From contig NW_024704743.1 of assembly GCF_018977255.1 (NCBI RefSeq), positions 57,662,001-57,726,000 of the forward strand: a DNA stretch of 64,000 bases. The letters run 5' to 3'. Made by a program: the position numbers and the translations under genes. Every line of letters begins with the position of its first letter. Within the stretch, counting starts at the first letter, position 1. Shown here piece after piece: positions 61,885 to 64,000 of the stretch. The notes under the pieces were generated by a model, which saw only the letters and a program-made list of their open reading frames with translations, was not told the DNA's origin and did no database searches. Origin of the DNA: Callorhinchus milii. Lineage: Eukaryota.

Positions 61885-64000
61885 TTGAAGACATCCTCTT
61901 AACAAAGTCTATATCAAAAATAAGAATTATTAATAAGCCATCTTGCTAATGAAACACTAACCTGGACTCAGCACATTTACTCCTGGCCTCTTGTTCCTCT
62001 GTAGCTCCTCCAGCTCAGTTGGCTGTTTACTGGTGGACAATACCACACAATCTTTGTTTTGTTTATAATCCATTGCTGCTCAGCACTCATAATGTGTCTC
62101 TTCAGTGTAACATACTGCTGGGGGCAATCATGGTGCTGTCAGCAGGAGTGGGTTAAATTTGGGTCTTATACAGGAAGGTGCATTCGGAGAACTCTTTAAT
62201 TATCACTATTCTCTGATCACCAAAATATGTCAGATAGCAACCTAGTAGTATAGCAAGGGAGCTTCCTTAAAAACCGTGAAACATTCCCATTTGAGGCCAT
62301 ATGTCACCTCTCACACTGTAATGCAACAAAGCACTTTACTGTAAAGTGTACTGTTAAAAGCCAGGAGTATTTCTGTGTTACTTTACGCTTGTTTACCTGT
62401 CAGTCACAACGGCAGACGCACATGAACACACACATACACAACAACAACTTGCACTTATATAGCGTCCTTCATACAGTGTTGTGTCTCAGAGCACATAACA
62501 CACACGCGCATGTAGGTGTACATAGCAAGACACATTCACGCACAAGACAGCTCAGATTCCACTATTGTTTAGTGGAGAATAAAGTCAAATGGGAATCTGC
62601 GCCAGCGCTATTAAGCTCACCAGGTTATATCTCATTTACCTTTAAGGGACAGAAAGAATCTACTGGACCTGGCTAATTGTGAACATGAAGCAGGCAAACA
62701 TGTTGCATGTTTATGATCTGAAGCCCAGTGGGGAATAGCAACCATAAAACAGTCAAGCTTGTCTTATTACTTGATGGTTGGGGGGTAGGGGTTTATAGTA
62801 TGTGATGTAAGAATTTCACATCATACACTGCAAACTTCCTTCTGTTATATCATCTGAGCCCTAATATTAATTATTTTCACATACCTGCTCCCATTTATAC
62901 ACATACTCTTTATAACTCATAAATGGCAATATTAATTGTAGTTATAAAATGAGTTCACTTAGACTTTACCACATGTGAAGGGCACTACATAAATGCAAGT
63001 TGTTGTTATAAAAATGAAATCTCTCTGCAACGCTGAATGTTCCAGGTTGTAGGATTTTATTTGCTGACATTTATCCTGACTGACAACAATGGGCAGAAAA
63101 AGCATTGACTCATAATTTAGAGTAATAAATCCTTTTCTCATTCTTCTTTGAGTACAATTCAATACATCAATGCTCTTTGATGGTAGAGTGCTCAAAGAGG
63201 CATATAATGGCATCTAATTTGCGGTATTTCATAACTGGATTGCATAAGAATGAATCCCATTAGAATGCCTGGTAACCTCTATGGAAGTGGATCAGTTGGA
63301 GCAAAGTATCCACAGCTGAGTCCTCATTTGTGCGGTTCAGATTCTTATTAAGGAATCTTGTTAAGAAATATTGCACGTAAGATCCAGATATTCCAAGGTT
63401 GGCCTCAACAATGATCTGCCCAATTATCTGACGGAGGAAGTGATTGCTGGATTAAGTGGCATTTTCCCATTCAAGAATTTTCTTTTGTTCAAAAGTTGTT
63501 TTTGATGTATCTTCTTAGATCCGAACAAGAACATAAACTATCTGTATTCAACTATCTATTCAATTTACTTTTAACTCGGGTTTTTCAAGCACAGAGAAAT
63601 AGGAGTAAGTATGCAGATAATTTACTGTATTCACAATATCACAGTCATTAAGCGTTCTGCAAAATATGCATATTTCTGTTGTCAAAAACTATCCTATGCA
63701 GACTGAGAGGCATAGTGTAATTGTGTAGAGATCCATAACCAGATATGACTGCAAGTAAATTTAGTAAGCCTTTTCACTGTGAAAAATCTGTGCAATAATT
63801 CATATTCCTGCTACTGTCAGGCTGTGGCTACCAGAAAAAGACACATAATCTTATTAAGGTGACAAATCGATGCCTAAACAGGACATTTTTGAGAAAATAC
63901 CATTATAAAATGACACCAAGCTGGAGAAATTTACTGATCAGCCTGCTCATTCTCCAAGATTAGTAAATTTATCAACGATCAGAGAATCACCTCTGGATAG

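Noticed and set aside
53781..64000. Next THSD7A exon
   Set aside because: I found no frame with the expected TSP1 pattern (C..DC..S.WS.WS.CS), so the exon probably lies beyond the window. A very small exon could be missed by eye.

Overview
Vertebrate (eukaryotic) genomic DNA, most likely from a cartilaginous fish. The repeat families suggest a chimaera such as Callorhinchus milii, but that is inference. The whole window lies inside one + strand gene, THSD7A (thrombospondin type-1 domain-containing 7A). Five phase-compatible GT-AG exons are present at 11101-11899, 33733-33981, 46670-46851, 50819-50974 and 53577-53780, probably exons 2-6; exon 1 and exon 7 onward lie outside. The introns are full of decayed L2 and CR1 LINE fragments, two generations of Deu-domain tRNA-SINEs with L2-type tails, a Tigger/pogo DNA transposon remnant and Penelope-like element (PLE) pieces. 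Most ORFs in the supplied track are LINE debris or noise. The main second-look items are: (1) small TSD-flanked PLE-terminus insertions carrying minimal hammerhead-ribozyme cores, including an inverted double-hammerhead mini-element at 58388-58594; (2) a ~1 kb non-coding, A-tailed repeat family I cannot name; (3) fold-back palindromes at retroposon 5' junctions; (4) several long intronic hairpins. No prokaryotic system or CRISPR array is present. Repeat boundaries are read by eye and approximate unless TSD/TIR coordinates are given.
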